Below are positions 12,282-25,007 of a stretch of 64,000 nucleotides of DNA, one piece after another. The stretch comes from Octopus vulgaris (Eukaryota), in the NCBI GenBank assembly GCA_951406725.2, contig OX597815.1, positions 24,924,001-24,988,000 on the forward strand, written 5' to 3'. The position numbers and the translations under genes are program-made. The notes beneath the pieces were generated by a model. It ran no database searches. It was given only the letters and a program-made list of their open reading frames with translations, and had not been told where the DNA came from. The first letter of the stretch is position 1. Each line of letters begins with the position of its first letter.

Positions 12282-12929
12282 TATATATATATATATATAT
12301 ATATTAATAAATAAAACATATGCATATATATATACATATATGTACGTACCTACCTCTACATGTATATATACACGCATATATGAGTACAGGACACCAAAAA
12401 AAACGTCGAACACAATGAGAAACGATAACATATACACACACAGACTTTGATATACATATATCTCCCCATAGATAGATATATCCACACATGTCCGTATGTA
12501 AACTAAATTAATGACGTCATTTTACGCCTCTCGAAAAAAAAAAAGAACCAGTGCTAAATTTTTCCTTTTTTTCCTTTTTTTCCTTTTTTCTTTTTTTCTT
12601 TGACGCCCAGCATTTTCTTAAAATTGTGTAATGTGCGCCTATCATCAAAATGGAATTAGATGACATATAAAACGTAAAGTATTCGAAAAAAACAAAACAG
12701 CATTATTTTATCTTTTGTCTGTTGGTCACGTAATATACTGTCTTATCATTACATTAGATCGCGTGATTACAGCGTATAACATGACCATAGTAATAGACTG
12801 ACGACTTTGCGAAGAAAGTGTATCTCGATAACCTTTAAACATTTCTATGGATATTCTAATTTAACTTCTTAACCTTTTCGGAAATTGGAGTGAGCATATC
12901 TTCCTCGATAGCAGTGTATTTCTTTCGCT

Positions 12930-12969
<40 letters not shown>

Positions 12970-12993
12970 TTCTCTCTTTTTTTTTCTTTCTTC

Positions 12994-13060
<67 letters not shown>

Positions 13061-13104
13061 TCCTTCTTTCTTTCTTTCTTTCATTCTTTCCTTCTTTCTT
13101 TCCT

Positions 13105-13148
<44 letters not shown>

Positions 13149-13160
13149 TCTCTCTCGCTC
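12930..13160. repeat. (CT)n/(CTTT)n polypyrimidine microsatellite
   Basis: Direct reading. Confidence 0.95.
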
Positions 13161-13760
13161 TCACTGCCTTTCTCTCCTTCCCTCCCACTCTTTCTCTCTC
13201 TCCTAATAGTGCCAGTTGTTCCTTTCTTTTTCTCTTTCACTCTCGGCAACTGCAAACATTCCGGTGTCATTGTATTCTTAGCTACGAACCTTACCTCTTA
13301 AATCCGTCCACCGCACTCTTTCCTCTCTTTCATCTACTCTTTTTCGATTTCTGGACACACACACATACGTATCCTATTTACACATCTAATTTCTTCATAT
13401 GTGTATGTATGTATGTATGTATGTATGTATGTATGTATGTATGTATGTCTTCGTCGTTGTTGCCCTCATTTTACAATTTTCCCACGCTTGCATGCGTTGA
13501 ACATATCTCCTCCAATACGGTTTCTCGCCACTTTTCGATGCCTTTTATCGTCTATTTTGTGCGGTTCAGCGTTAACCACTTCATTCCAAGTCTTCCCTGG
13601 TTTTTCTTTGTTTTAAATTCCTTCCTCTTCGACCACTTGTTACTTTTTATCCAGATGACATCTTCCTTATACGACACATGTCCTCTCAATTCATTTGTCT
13701 TTTAGTTTAATTTCTTAACATTTTCAGAAATTTGAGCCACGGTGGCTATCTCGATAATAA

Positions 13761-13817
<57 letters not shown>

Positions 13818-13897
13818 ATTCTCTCTCTTTCTCTTTCATTCCTTTTCTCTGTATCTCTCTTTCATGGTAATTGTGTTAGTCCGCTTTTTCTCTCCTG

Positions 13898-13928
<31 letters not shown>

Positions 13929-14130
13929 AAATAAGAAAATGGAGAAATACATCTAAATCAAATATCAATTACCAGATAATACTCAATCACATACTTTATT
14001 AAACCACCACATAATAAACTATAGGGTTAAACAAAAAAAAAGTAGAGCAAAACAGTGTACATAAAGGAGTATACATAAAAGGGTAATGTTATACAATAAG
14101 TATATATACATACATACACACACACACGCA

Positions 14131-14188
<58 letters not shown>

Positions 14189-14359
14189 TAATATATATAT
14201 ATATATATATATATTAGGAAATTGAATTGTTTATATATCAAAAAATGTTTATAAGTCGAAACAAATTGTTGGCTTTTGTGGAATTTTTAAAAATAATTGT
14301 TTATGTTATATTATATTATATTATATTTCCAGAATATCATATTATAATATAAATAAATT

Positions 14360-14453
<94 letters not shown>

Positions 14454-14485
14454 CGTGTGTGTGTGCGTGTGTGTGTGTGTGTTTC

Positions 14486-14517
<32 letters not shown>

Positions 14518-14527
14518 ATGCATACAT

Positions 14528-15760
14528 CATGGAATGATATGTCACAAACTGCGTGATCTCAACATAGTTGGAAAACTGGGAGAATGGCTTCATGACTTTC
14601 TGAAAGATAGAAGTCAGGTGGTAGTGGCCAATGGGGCCACTTCCATTAACACGCAAATAGTGAGCGGTGTTCCGCAGGGCACTGTTCTGGGACCACTACT
14701 GTTCATAATGGCCCTCTCAGACATGCCCTCAGCCACGCAGAGAGCCACGATCACAAGCTATGCAGATGATACAAAAGTTTCACAGGCAATACAGAACCCT
14801 GAGGACACTAAACACCTGCAATGTGAGCTAGACAAAATATACAAGTGGGCCGAAAAGAATAGCATGCAGTTCAATGCTGAAAAGTTTCAAGCTCTATACT
14901 ATCAGCATGCAAAACTAAATGCAATACCCAATGAATACACTGGACCCGGAGGAATAGCAATCCCAGAGGCACAATCAGTGCGTGACCTAGGTATTTACAT
15001 GAGTGATGACGCGACCTTTCGTGTACATGTTGCTAAATTGGCAATGAAATGTAGACGACTGGCCGGATGGATCCTCAGAACCTTTAGAACAAGAGAACAA
15101 GAAACCATGATGGTCCTCTGGAGGACACTTGTCCTAAGCCACTTTGACTACTGCTCTCAGTTATGGTCACCATCCAGTGTCAAGTTGATCACAGAGCTCG
15201 AGGCGATCCAACGTAGCTACACGAAGAAGATAGCCTCTATGCAGAATGTAAGCTACTGGGAAAGACTCAGGAAATTAAAATTATATTCCCGGGAGCGTAG
15301 GCGGGAAAGATATGCCATAATATACATCTGGAAGATCCTGGAGGGAAGTGTCCTGAACTTTGGCATCGAGAGTTACGCAAATGCCAGAACTGGGCGCCAC
15401 TGCGTGGTGCCTAGGACTCCAAACTTGCCATCAAGATGTAGGACAAGATTCTGTGATAGCCTGGGCTTCCGAGGCCCACAGCTCTTCAATATCCTCCCGA
15501 AGAACCTGAGAGACCTGCATGGGGTGGATACAGATGTCTTTAAAATGAAGCTGGATCTCTTCCTGTCAGGTGTCCCAGATGAACCAACTTCACGGCAGGA
15601 GGGGCAGATGAGGGCAGCTGCATCGAACTCTCTCATGCACCAAATAGCAGTTGCTAGAAAGCCTTCATGAAGTGAAACCAAGTAGCAACACCAAATGGCG
15701 GTGCCCCAGCATGGCCACAGCTCATAAGCTGAAACTGGAAAAATCAAAAAATCAAAATCA
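14528..15760 (+). mobile_element. 5'-truncated young LINE (L2/CR1 group) with 3' UTR and (AAAATC)-type tail
   Basis: Uninterrupted RT frame, short 3' UTR with ggcggtgccccagcatggccacagctcataagctgaaac, tail aaaaatcaaaaaatcaaaatca; sits between microsatellites. Confidence 0.92.
14534..15670 (+). CDS. Reverse transcriptase C-terminal part of LINE ORF2 (378 aa, N-terminally truncated)
   Basis: SGVPQGTVLGPLLF, YADD, MQFNAEK, VRDLGI, DYCSQLWSP, LEAIQR, YWERL, GPQLFNILP, FKMKLD motifs; no internal stops. Confidence 0.93.
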   Translation: MICHKLRDLNIVGKLGEWLHDFLKDRSQVVVANGATSINTQIVSGVPQGTVLGPLLFIMALSDMPSATQRATITSYADDTKVSQAIQNPEDTKHLQCELDKIYKWAEKNSMQFNAEKFQALYYQHAKLNAIPNEYTGPGGIAIPEAQSVRDLGIYMSDDATFRVHVAKLAMKCRRLAGWILRTFRTREQETMMVLWRTLVLSHFDYCSQLWSPSSVKLITELEAIQRSYTKKIASMQNVSYWERLRKLKLYSRERRRERYAIIYIWKILEGSVLNFGIESYANARTGRHCVVPRTPNLPSRCRTRFCDSLGFRGPQLFNILPKNLRDLHGVDTDVFKMKLDLFLSGVPDEPTSRQEGQMRAAASNSLMHQIAVARKPS

Positions 15761-16208
15761 TACATACATGCATACATAAATACTTACACACATACATACA
15801 CGGACGTACATACACTTCCACACACGCACGCAACAGAGTGACACAGAGATACAAACACATTGATATAGTGAGACAACGCGCGACAGAATGATACACAGAT
15901 AAACACGCACACATACCCATACATGTGCACACACATACACACACACACACCACCGCCACCCTCACCCATTCTCACAGCCACAACCACATACCCTTCAGTC
16001 AACGCACCTACACCCCACCTCACCTCACCCCCTCCCTCTCACTCTCCCATACAATATTACCTCTCATAACTGTCTACCATAAAAATGTTGGAAACTTAGT
16101 ATTTTTTTCAGATATTAATAAAATTTGTTGGGCCTATTTTTATGTCGTCGGCCGTCGGAGCTATGGAAATTTAGCGCACTCCGACTGTATAAAAATAGAT
16201 CCGACTAA

Positions 16209-16967
16209 TCTTATTACTACCTTTAAAAATATTTAAAAATACTAAATTTCAACCATGTTTGTAGTCAAATACGCTTAGAGTAATTCCAAGCCATAAAAAT
16301 CGCACTTCAAAATAGTGTTTAGCGACAGTGGTGTAATTTCCCTTCAAACAACGAACAGGAGTTTAGATACTATTCCTTTACTACCCACAAGGGGCTAAAC
16401 ATAGAGGGGACAAACAAGGACAGACAAACGGATTAAGCCGATTACATCGATCCCAGTGCGAAACTGGTACTTTATTTATCGACCCCGAAAGGATGAAAGG
16501 CAAAGTCGACCTCGGCGGACAGGAGTTTAGATACGTCCCAGCTACTACGAATAATTGTTTGTACGAAGAGTAAGGCCCGACGTACATCAAACTGTCTTTA
16601 AATTAAATGGTGGCAGAAGAATTAACGTTGAACTTTTAAAAGGTAAGTTTATTGTCGCCTACGGCCAGCTATACGTTGGTTCTTCAACGGTAGGAAACGG
16701 AAATAAGCTACTTGTACTCACCCCGAATGGAAAGACAAAAGCATTATTTATCATGCAGCTTTGAATAAGTTCCAAGTTAACAGATTATATCATTGTTTTA
16801 ATGAAAATTATTCATTGCTTGTAAAATATTGTTCAAGTTTAATAAAACTTAATATGTACTAAATGCATGAAGTATCATTGCTGGGCCCAAGGCCCAATGA
16901 AGCCCACCCCCTCAGCTTATATATGTACTAGTTCATAAGCCGCCTTGTTAGGCGGTTTTTAAGCTAG
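16209..16967 (+). mobile_element. Internally deleted Helitron with Pif1-like helicase C-terminal remnant (about 16655-16766); 5' boundary uncertain
   Basis: YGQLYVGSSTVGNGNKLLVLTPNGKTK then (frameshift) IIYHAAL resembles the RepHel end HGQLYVA.SRV...T.NIVY.E.L. Hairpin aagccgcct-tgtt-aggcggttt followed by CTAG|T at 16964-16968. Confidence 0.82.
16371..16518 (-). mobile_element. 5'-truncated family 1 tail A SINE with perfect 16-bp TSD
   Basis: acaggagtttagatac at 16355-16370 and 16519-16534 flanks the core and tail. Confidence 0.93.
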
Positions 16968-19123
16968 TAAATAAAGACGCAGAGAATATCTTGATTAGTC
17001 TATGAACTTTTCATCCTCTTAAGACGAATTTTTCTCTCGAAACAATTTTTCAGCACCAAAGATCTCCCCCATCCCGTCTGAGTGTGTATAAGCATGTTAA
17101 ATGTAATTGTACACACCTATATTTCAATGCACGCTACTTCATACGCTTCCAGCTAATTAATTCCAACAAGACAAGGCTTCGCGTATATCAGCAAATGTAC
17201 AAGTTGCTATTTAAATATGAGCGTGTATTCCAAAGGTTTTGAGATTGGAATACTTTTCCCTTTAATTGATTCTTTTGACCACAGTTTTTTTAATGAAATA
17301 CTAACAAGTAATAATTTTGTTAGAAATTCTCAACAGCTGTTCTTTGAAACTGGTATTTCTAAGAAATTCTTTGTAAATGAGCATCGATGAGATACTACTA
17401 CTTCGGCGGAGACGTAATTAATGTATTAAAAACTCTCTGAGCTTAACCTTCAAAGCCCGGAGATTGTTAACACGATAACATATGTTAGCACAGGGTTTAT
17501 TAGCTGTTACTGCGATCATGTTGCACCTTTTTAAGATGCTGGATTCGGCTTGAACATACAACATCACAAACTCCTTTTCCTCTTACAATAAATGTGTAAT
17601 CTTTCGTATACAGATTATCAATATTACCACCAGCGTGAATGCTTCGAAAAATCGTCGATCTCACACAACCGGAGAAATATTAAAAAGTAGCTGAAGAAAG
17701 GGGAAATCTTGAAGCAATCAGAGATTTTGGATTCCACTATTCGTCTGTTACATGAACAAAACTGGAAATTAAGCATCGCATCGAGAAATCGAAAAGCATT
17801 TTGTGAAAAAAGAAAACGCAGTTTTCTTGAACTGGAAGCAGAACTGAAAAGCAATTTGAATGATTTGAGAGAACCTGGTTGTGCTCTTTTAAATCAAATG
17901 ATGCGTATTCAAGCTTTAAAACCTAATTCCCTTTCAATGCAAGTCGTAATTGACTCTCACATCGCTTTATGAATGATTATTCTATTGGTCTATGCCGTAG
18001 AACCATTGCGTGTCAACTTTTGCTTAAAGGCTATGAAGAAAAACTTATTCAATTCCAATGATTGGTTTGCTAAAGAAAAATCTGTATTCACTTAATCAAA
18101 TTCGAAATGTTGAGCGAATGATAGTGTATTTTGAAAAGCCAGATGATACAGCTTTTATAAAGTTGGGAATAAAACCATATCCCTTCGTACACGTGTCAAC
18201 AAAGAACAGTGTGGTGCAATAATGCTTGCTACATCTACAATGATTGTAAACTGCCTCCTTATGCCATATTCTAACATGGAACATTACTTAAAGGTATCAA
18301 TTTTGCAAATATTGATGCTATATTCTACTATACACACGTGGCCCTGCTTACATCATACTTCGTCTCGACCTATTACCATTTTTAAAAACAAATCCGTTAG
18401 ATTTTTACTTCTATTTTTACTCTTATTTTTATGTTATAGTTTACTGCACATATAGACGTGCATACACATTGATATGTTTGTCTTTTTCTCTTTTCTCTCT
18501 CTCACTATTATTATTACATTTTTTATTCCCTTTTTTCCCTTTAACAACTTGCTTGTAGATATCCGATTTTCCCTATTACCCCATTTGTATTCTCCCTTAT
18601 TGTATCTTATTTTACTTTGCTTTATTTTATTAAACCTTTTTTGATGTCTTTCCAAAAATTCCTCACACTGATGAGAATAACAATGCAAACATTTAATCAT
18701 AATTACTATGATTATAATTTTTTTCTTACATATTTGTATTGTCCTTTAAAACGCGCGTATGTATTGAATCCTATTTTATATAAAATCTAATTTTGATTCA
18801 ACATTTTGTTTTCTCCTCCATTTTTCTATAATTGTTTTATGGTATATTTATACCTATAACGATATTTTAAAACTACTATTTTCATACTCTTATTATTTGC
18901 TCTGGCCTTTATTAGAAATCATTCTTTTCTCACTTTTTGGGATTCCCAAAAGTTCACTCCAGCTTGCAATATATAGAAAAGAAGTGACACACAGTCACTG
19001 ATCTTGCAGTATCGTGTGTTCTTAGAGAACACCCATGTTTAGGTAGCGATAAACATCATTTTTCAGTATAAATACTGCTTTCGCCTCTTATAGAGATTTT
19101 CTTAACGAGGTAGTTTGCTTGCT

Positions 19124-19418
<295 letters not shown>

Positions 19419-19428
19419 TATATATATG

Positions 19429-19466
<38 letters not shown>

Positions 19467-19484
19467 CGTGTGTGTGTGTGCATG

Positions 19485-19528
<44 letters not shown>

Positions 19529-19905
19529 CATACATACATACATACATACATACATACATACATACTTACACACGCACGCACGCTCACACACGCACACATA
19601 TGTTCACCCATCAGCTTCGATGTATAAACCAATATTGCATCTGTTCCCATACAGATGATTTCTTTTCAATAGTGAAGGTTTGTGTAGGACCAGTAACACT
19701 TTAAGGAAATATCAATAGCAGAAAGTTAGTGCAAATGTTTGCCACAAACTCAATGGGCAGTATATTTGAAGCTTATCTCTTAGACTTCTTCATTTTCTGG
19801 TTTAGTTACCTTCACAAGGGCCTGGAGTTTAAACCCCCTCCCCCGTGGTACACTAAATGCGCACCTGGATAACAAATCAGAAGTTTATAAGACCTTGGGC
19901 ATAGA

Positions 19906-19973
<68 letters not shown>

Positions 19974-20102
19974 CCGAAGCGTATAGTATTGTATATCCAT
20001 TACGGCCGGTCTTACCAATCGGTTTCACCCTAGGGGTTCGACGGAGTGTTAGGTAACAGTTCGATTATGTAACCCTGCACTCTTTAGAGGTAGCCGTTAT
20101 GG

Positions 20103-20139
<37 letters not shown>

Positions 20140-20765
20140 TATACATATAGATACACACATACACGTACGCACATACACACGCGTACGCACGCACGCACAC
20201 ACACACACACACACATCCTACATTTATATATTTACTTGGCTAGTATAAGCAAAGATGAGTTTACACAATATTAATTTACCAGTCTTAATGAATATTTCTA
20301 TATACAATTTCAGAAGCAAGTGGTATAACTGTGCAAGTTTCTCACCGAATGGATTTGGATTTCAGATAAAATTCTTAACCTGCATATATCTATCTATATC
20401 AAAAGGACATTATCAAATTTGCTTATCATCCACCCACTTTTTCCCTCCATTTTTCTGTATTCTGTTTCAGTTTTGATAAGAAAATCTGTTAAGTTTCCCT
20501 AATATCTATAAAGTAAACACTCCAACTGAAGAGCGCTTGCAGCTAGAAATTTTGAGTAGTGAGACACACTAAATTTTTCCCTTCACAAACGCAAACATAC
20601 ACTCACACACACACATACACACATACATACACACGCACATGCATGTGTGCGTGCTTATATGTATGAGTTTTGTGTTGCGCATGTGTATGTATATATGCAT
20701 ACATTTATGTATATATCTATACGCACAGACAGAGTCAATCAGACAGACAGACAGATAGATAGATA

Positions 20766-20766
<1 letters not shown>

Positions 20767-20797
<31 letters not shown>

Positions 20798-20823
20798 CTA
20801 TCTATTTGTATATCTATCTATCA

Positions 20824-20887
<64 letters not shown>

Positions 20888-20913
20888 CTATCTATTTGTA
20901 TATCTATCTATCA

Positions 20914-20998
<85 letters not shown>
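20767..20998. repeat. (TCTA)n microsatellite with an internally duplicated variant block
   Basis: Direct reading; ctctatctatttgtatatctatctatcaatc occurs twice, 90 bp apart. Confidence 0.95.
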
Positions 20999-20999
<1 letters not shown>

Positions 21000-21129
21000 G
21001 CGCTTGAGATATGTGTCGAGGTATGCGCAGTTGTATTGAAATTCCGTTAAAGAATATTAAAGTTTTGAATAAGAAGCGGAACGAAGATATAGTTAGCAGG
21101 AAGAAGTAAGAAGATATAAGTATACATTT

Positions 21130-21146
21130 CGTTGTTGCTGTTGTAG

Positions 21147-21211
<65 letters not shown>

Positions 21212-21250
21212 GCTGCTGCTGCTGCTGCTGTTGTTGTCGTCGTTGTTATT
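21130..21250. repeat. (GTT)n/(GCT)n microsatellite
   Basis: Direct reading. Confidence 0.95.
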
Positions 21251-21783
21251 GTAACGACCGCAGGTGTCGCTGTTGATAAATTTGCAGTTACTGAAATTCT
21301 TTACGTCACTACTTGTGCTATTCATATTATATTTACCGTGATTCTTGTTCCTCTTCTAAGCTGTTCTTACAATTTTCTTTGTTTTTTGTTGTTTCTGTTG
21401 CTCAAGATCATCCTTTTTTTTTTTTTTTTTTTTTGCTGTTTTACTTGTTTTCCAAAATGCTTTCAGCATATCTGCACTCTATGTGAGAGATAGTTAACTG
21501 AAGTTTGTTTCTTTTTCTTTTCTTTTTTTTTTTGGGTTCCAAACATAATCTCTGAATTGTAGATGTCTGGTATGATGAGGACGGTGCTGCTGCTGCTACT
21601 GCTGTAGCGATTCTCAAAGGATAAACTCAAATAAAAAAAGATTCGTGGAAGGAAACTGGCAAGAAGCAGAAGGTAGAGGAAGAAGATGAAGTGATGAATA
21701 GTTTAATACACAAAACCGTTATAAATCCAAAATGGCCGGGAATGACTTAGCGAGCTGAACCATTATCCTCTAAAGTATAGGAC

Positions 21784-22040
21784 CAGTGGTTCTCAACCAT
21801 TTTTTGTCTGTGGACCCCTTTGATTCCTGTTTTACTTCACTGGACCCCCATAGACATTCGGTGTTTAAAAAAAGTTCCATTATATTTTTAGAAGCATATA
21901 TTATTCGGAAATGTATAGAAAAATTCTTAAAATATTTTGCGCATTGCAGAAGCGTAACCAAATTATTACACATAAATTTTAACAGCAAAATCTTATGTGG
22001 ACCTCCAAGGGTCGTGCAGACCCCTGCTGAGAACCACACG
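21784..22040. mobile_element. hAT (Charlie-like) MITE
   Basis: Left cagtggttctcaacc...gtggacccc; right gacccctgctgagaaccac (degenerate TIR); flanks tataggac / tatagata resemble a decayed 8-bp TSD. Confidence 0.78.
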
Positions 22041-22431
22041 TATAGATAGTGTGTCGATGAAACAGTGAAGTATGACATAAACTGTGGAGATATCTTATGT
22101 GGCTATTGACTTAGAACAGTGCTCAGGGTGAAATAAGGAAATACCAAGTCAATGCACACGCTCTTTTCTTTTATTATTGCCGTGTTTTTTATATTATGTC
22201 ACAGCTCATCCTCGAGTACGGACCACCCGGGTGTACAAACGACGGCGGGATTTTAACGTGATTAACATTAGAGCCAAGACTTAAATGGTTTAATCGTCCA
22301 GCTTCGAATGCATCTAATCATATGTATGTATTTATGTATGTATGTATGTGTGTGTGTGTGTATGTGAGTGAAAAAATGCATTTACTATATATGTCTTCAA
22401 TTCTTAAGTAACGGAACGCAACGCAGCCCGC

Positions 22432-22504
<73 letters not shown>

Positions 22505-22508
<4 letters not shown>

Positions 22509-22752
22509 GGAATGAATCCAAAATTACAGGGAAAAATCAGATTTAGGGTTAAATCCAATTTTATAGTAAAATATTATATAATATAATTCGAGACAAAATT
22601 TGATACTGATTAGAAGATCGAAAATCCACCTGAAGATTGTCGGAGCAGACATGAAACATTTGTAGTGGCGGTTTATTTAATTTATATTAAAATTTTATGT
22701 ATTGATTAAGTCTTTCCTTGTTTGGTTTTAAAATAGTGGTTTTGTCTCGAAT

Positions 22753-22762
<10 letters not shown>
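22505..22762 (+). mobile_element. Candidate Penelope-like element terminus in (TA)n, with internal inverted repeat and hammerhead motif
   Basis: atataatataattcgagacaaaa (about 22575-22598) is inverted at ttttgtctcgaatattattatat (about 22739-22762); hammerhead core lies between; flanked by (TA)n. Confidence 0.6.
22626..22668 (+). ncRNA. Minimal type I hammerhead ribozyme motif (possibly degenerate)
   Basis: CCAC-CTGAAGA-t-TGTC-ggagca-GACA-t-GAAAC-attt-GTA-GTGG: stem I ccac/gtgg, conserved core, stem II tgtc/gaca, short stem III, GUA cleavage triplet. U-U mismatch at the base of stem II. Confidence 0.62.
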
Positions 22763-22795
<33 letters not shown>

Positions 22796-22818
22796 CACAT
22801 CCATCTATACATACATAC

Positions 22819-22860
<42 letters not shown>

Positions 22861-22863
<3 letters not shown>

Positions 22864-23175
22864 ACGCAATGGCCCAGTGGTTAGGGCAGCGGACTCGCGG
22901 TCGGAGGATCGCGGTTTCGATTCCCGGACCGGGCGTTGTGTGCGTTTATTGAGCGAAAACACCTAAAGCTCCACGAGGCTTCGACAGGGGGGGGGGGGTG
23001 ACGACCCCTGTTGTACTCTTTCGCCCAAACTTTCTCTCACTCTTTCTTCCTGTTTCTTGAGTAACGCTGCGATGGACTGGCGTCCCGTCCAGCTGGGGGA
23101 AACACATACGCCATAGAAACCGGGAAACCGGGCCCATGAGCCTGGCTAGGTTTGAAAAGGGCGCATAAATAAAAA
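22861..23175 (+). mobile_element. Full-length tRNA-derived SINE (family 3)
   Basis: tRNA-like head with A box TGGCCCAGTGG and B box GTTTCGATTCC; body gcgatggactggcgtcccgtccag; tail gaaaccgggaaaccgggcccatgagcc...ataaataaaaat; second copy at 1-128. Confidence 0.88.
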
Positions 23176-23190
23176 TAATATATATATATA

Positions 23191-23375
23191 TATATTACAA
23201 ATAAGAAAATGGAGAAACACATTGCTTGACTTATCAGCTTTAGGATATTAGAATGTTGACTTATTTATTTATCAAAACATGGTTGTCGTTTTGATAAATA
23301 AATAAGTCAACATTCTAATATCCTAAAGCTGATAAACCAACTAATGTGTTTCCCCATTTTCTTATTTGTAATATA
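23191..23375. repeat. Long hairpin: 88-bp arms, 9-nt loop, perfect inner 48-bp stem
   Basis: 23231-23278 is the exact reverse complement of 23288-23335; outer arms tatattacaaataagaaaatggagaaacacatt / aatgtgtttccccattttcttatttgtaatata. Confidence 0.96.
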
Positions 23376-23543
23376 AATTAATGGTAAAATATTTCACCCA
23401 TTTAATACAATAAGTAAGTTTATTGCATTGCCTTGTAATTAAAAACACTTGTGTATTAATAATTTGGGTATTATATCAACAGCATATTGGATAAGTATTA
23501 TCCCTTAGTGGGTTGGATCCACAACCCCTAATTTACTTGGTGC

Positions 23544-23603
<60 letters not shown>

Positions 23604-23913
23604 TACAAACACACACGTTTATAAATTTGTTTTGCAAGATTCCTGAAGTGAAATCATGTGTTGAAACAGATATTTTTATAGTTCAGGACGGTCATTTTTA
23701 CTCTTACTAAATAAACACACACGCATGATGCTAATGTTTAGTGAGTGTGTATATAGGTTCACTTATATCGTTTGTGTCCCTGCCCTTTATATATTTTTTT
23801 TTCTTTAATTTATTTATTTCATCTTAAGTATGTGTGTGTGTGTGTCTTTTCTATGTGTATATGGGTTTATATATTATACAGTTTGTGTCTGTGTCTTTTT
23901 CCCCACGAAATAT

Positions 23914-24291
<378 letters not shown>

Positions 24292-25007
24292 GAAGTATGC
24301 CCACGATTGGTAGAGATACTGAATTCAAAATTCTTGGAAAGATGGTGGATGATTCTACCATTACATACACTTATGAAAAAGTACACGATTATCTTCTGTA
24401 TGCACCAATAGTTTCAACATTATGTACACGCGCACGTGTGTGTAGTTGGATACAAACACACACAAACACACACACTGATTATTCAGGTGGTTGAACTTCA
24501 GGTAATTTATTGCTGTGGATAGAATTTCTAGCACAGTACTTTCATATTTATTTACATGTTTCTTTGTAGAGCTACTTTTTCGTGTGTAGCTTAGGCAGGT
24601 GCTTATCCTGATCTCCATTTATCTCTTTTGTTATGTTCCCTTGTATTTTATCTATTATTTCACGTAGGCCCTTCTCAATGCTAATCCTGATTTTTTCTGA
24701 TGGGATACGTGTTTTTATTGTATTTGTTGTTAAGTAAGGGATCACGTTTATATTCTTGTGATCGTGTGTTTCTTTGAGGATTTTCTGTGGCCTTCACAGT
24801 CTATTAGAAATTTAGTTCTATTTTTCTTTTTCTGTGTCTCTGTTTCTGATTTGCTGTAATACCCTGTTTGTTTATTGTAAAGAGAGGGTGTCAGTAGTAT
24901 TTTCACTGTATCATGAGGACTCCATTTTATATATGGTCGTTGGATTATTTTCTGACATTTATGGAGCCTTCTGTGTCTCGTATTGAGAGCAAACTTTTAT
25001 TATTTTA

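Noticed and set aside
12511-12520. CRE palindrome TGACGTCA
   Set aside because: Single 8-mer with no linked gene or promoter evidence.
22861-22935. tRNA gene
   Set aside because: No proper acceptor stem or terminator; continues into SINE body and tail.
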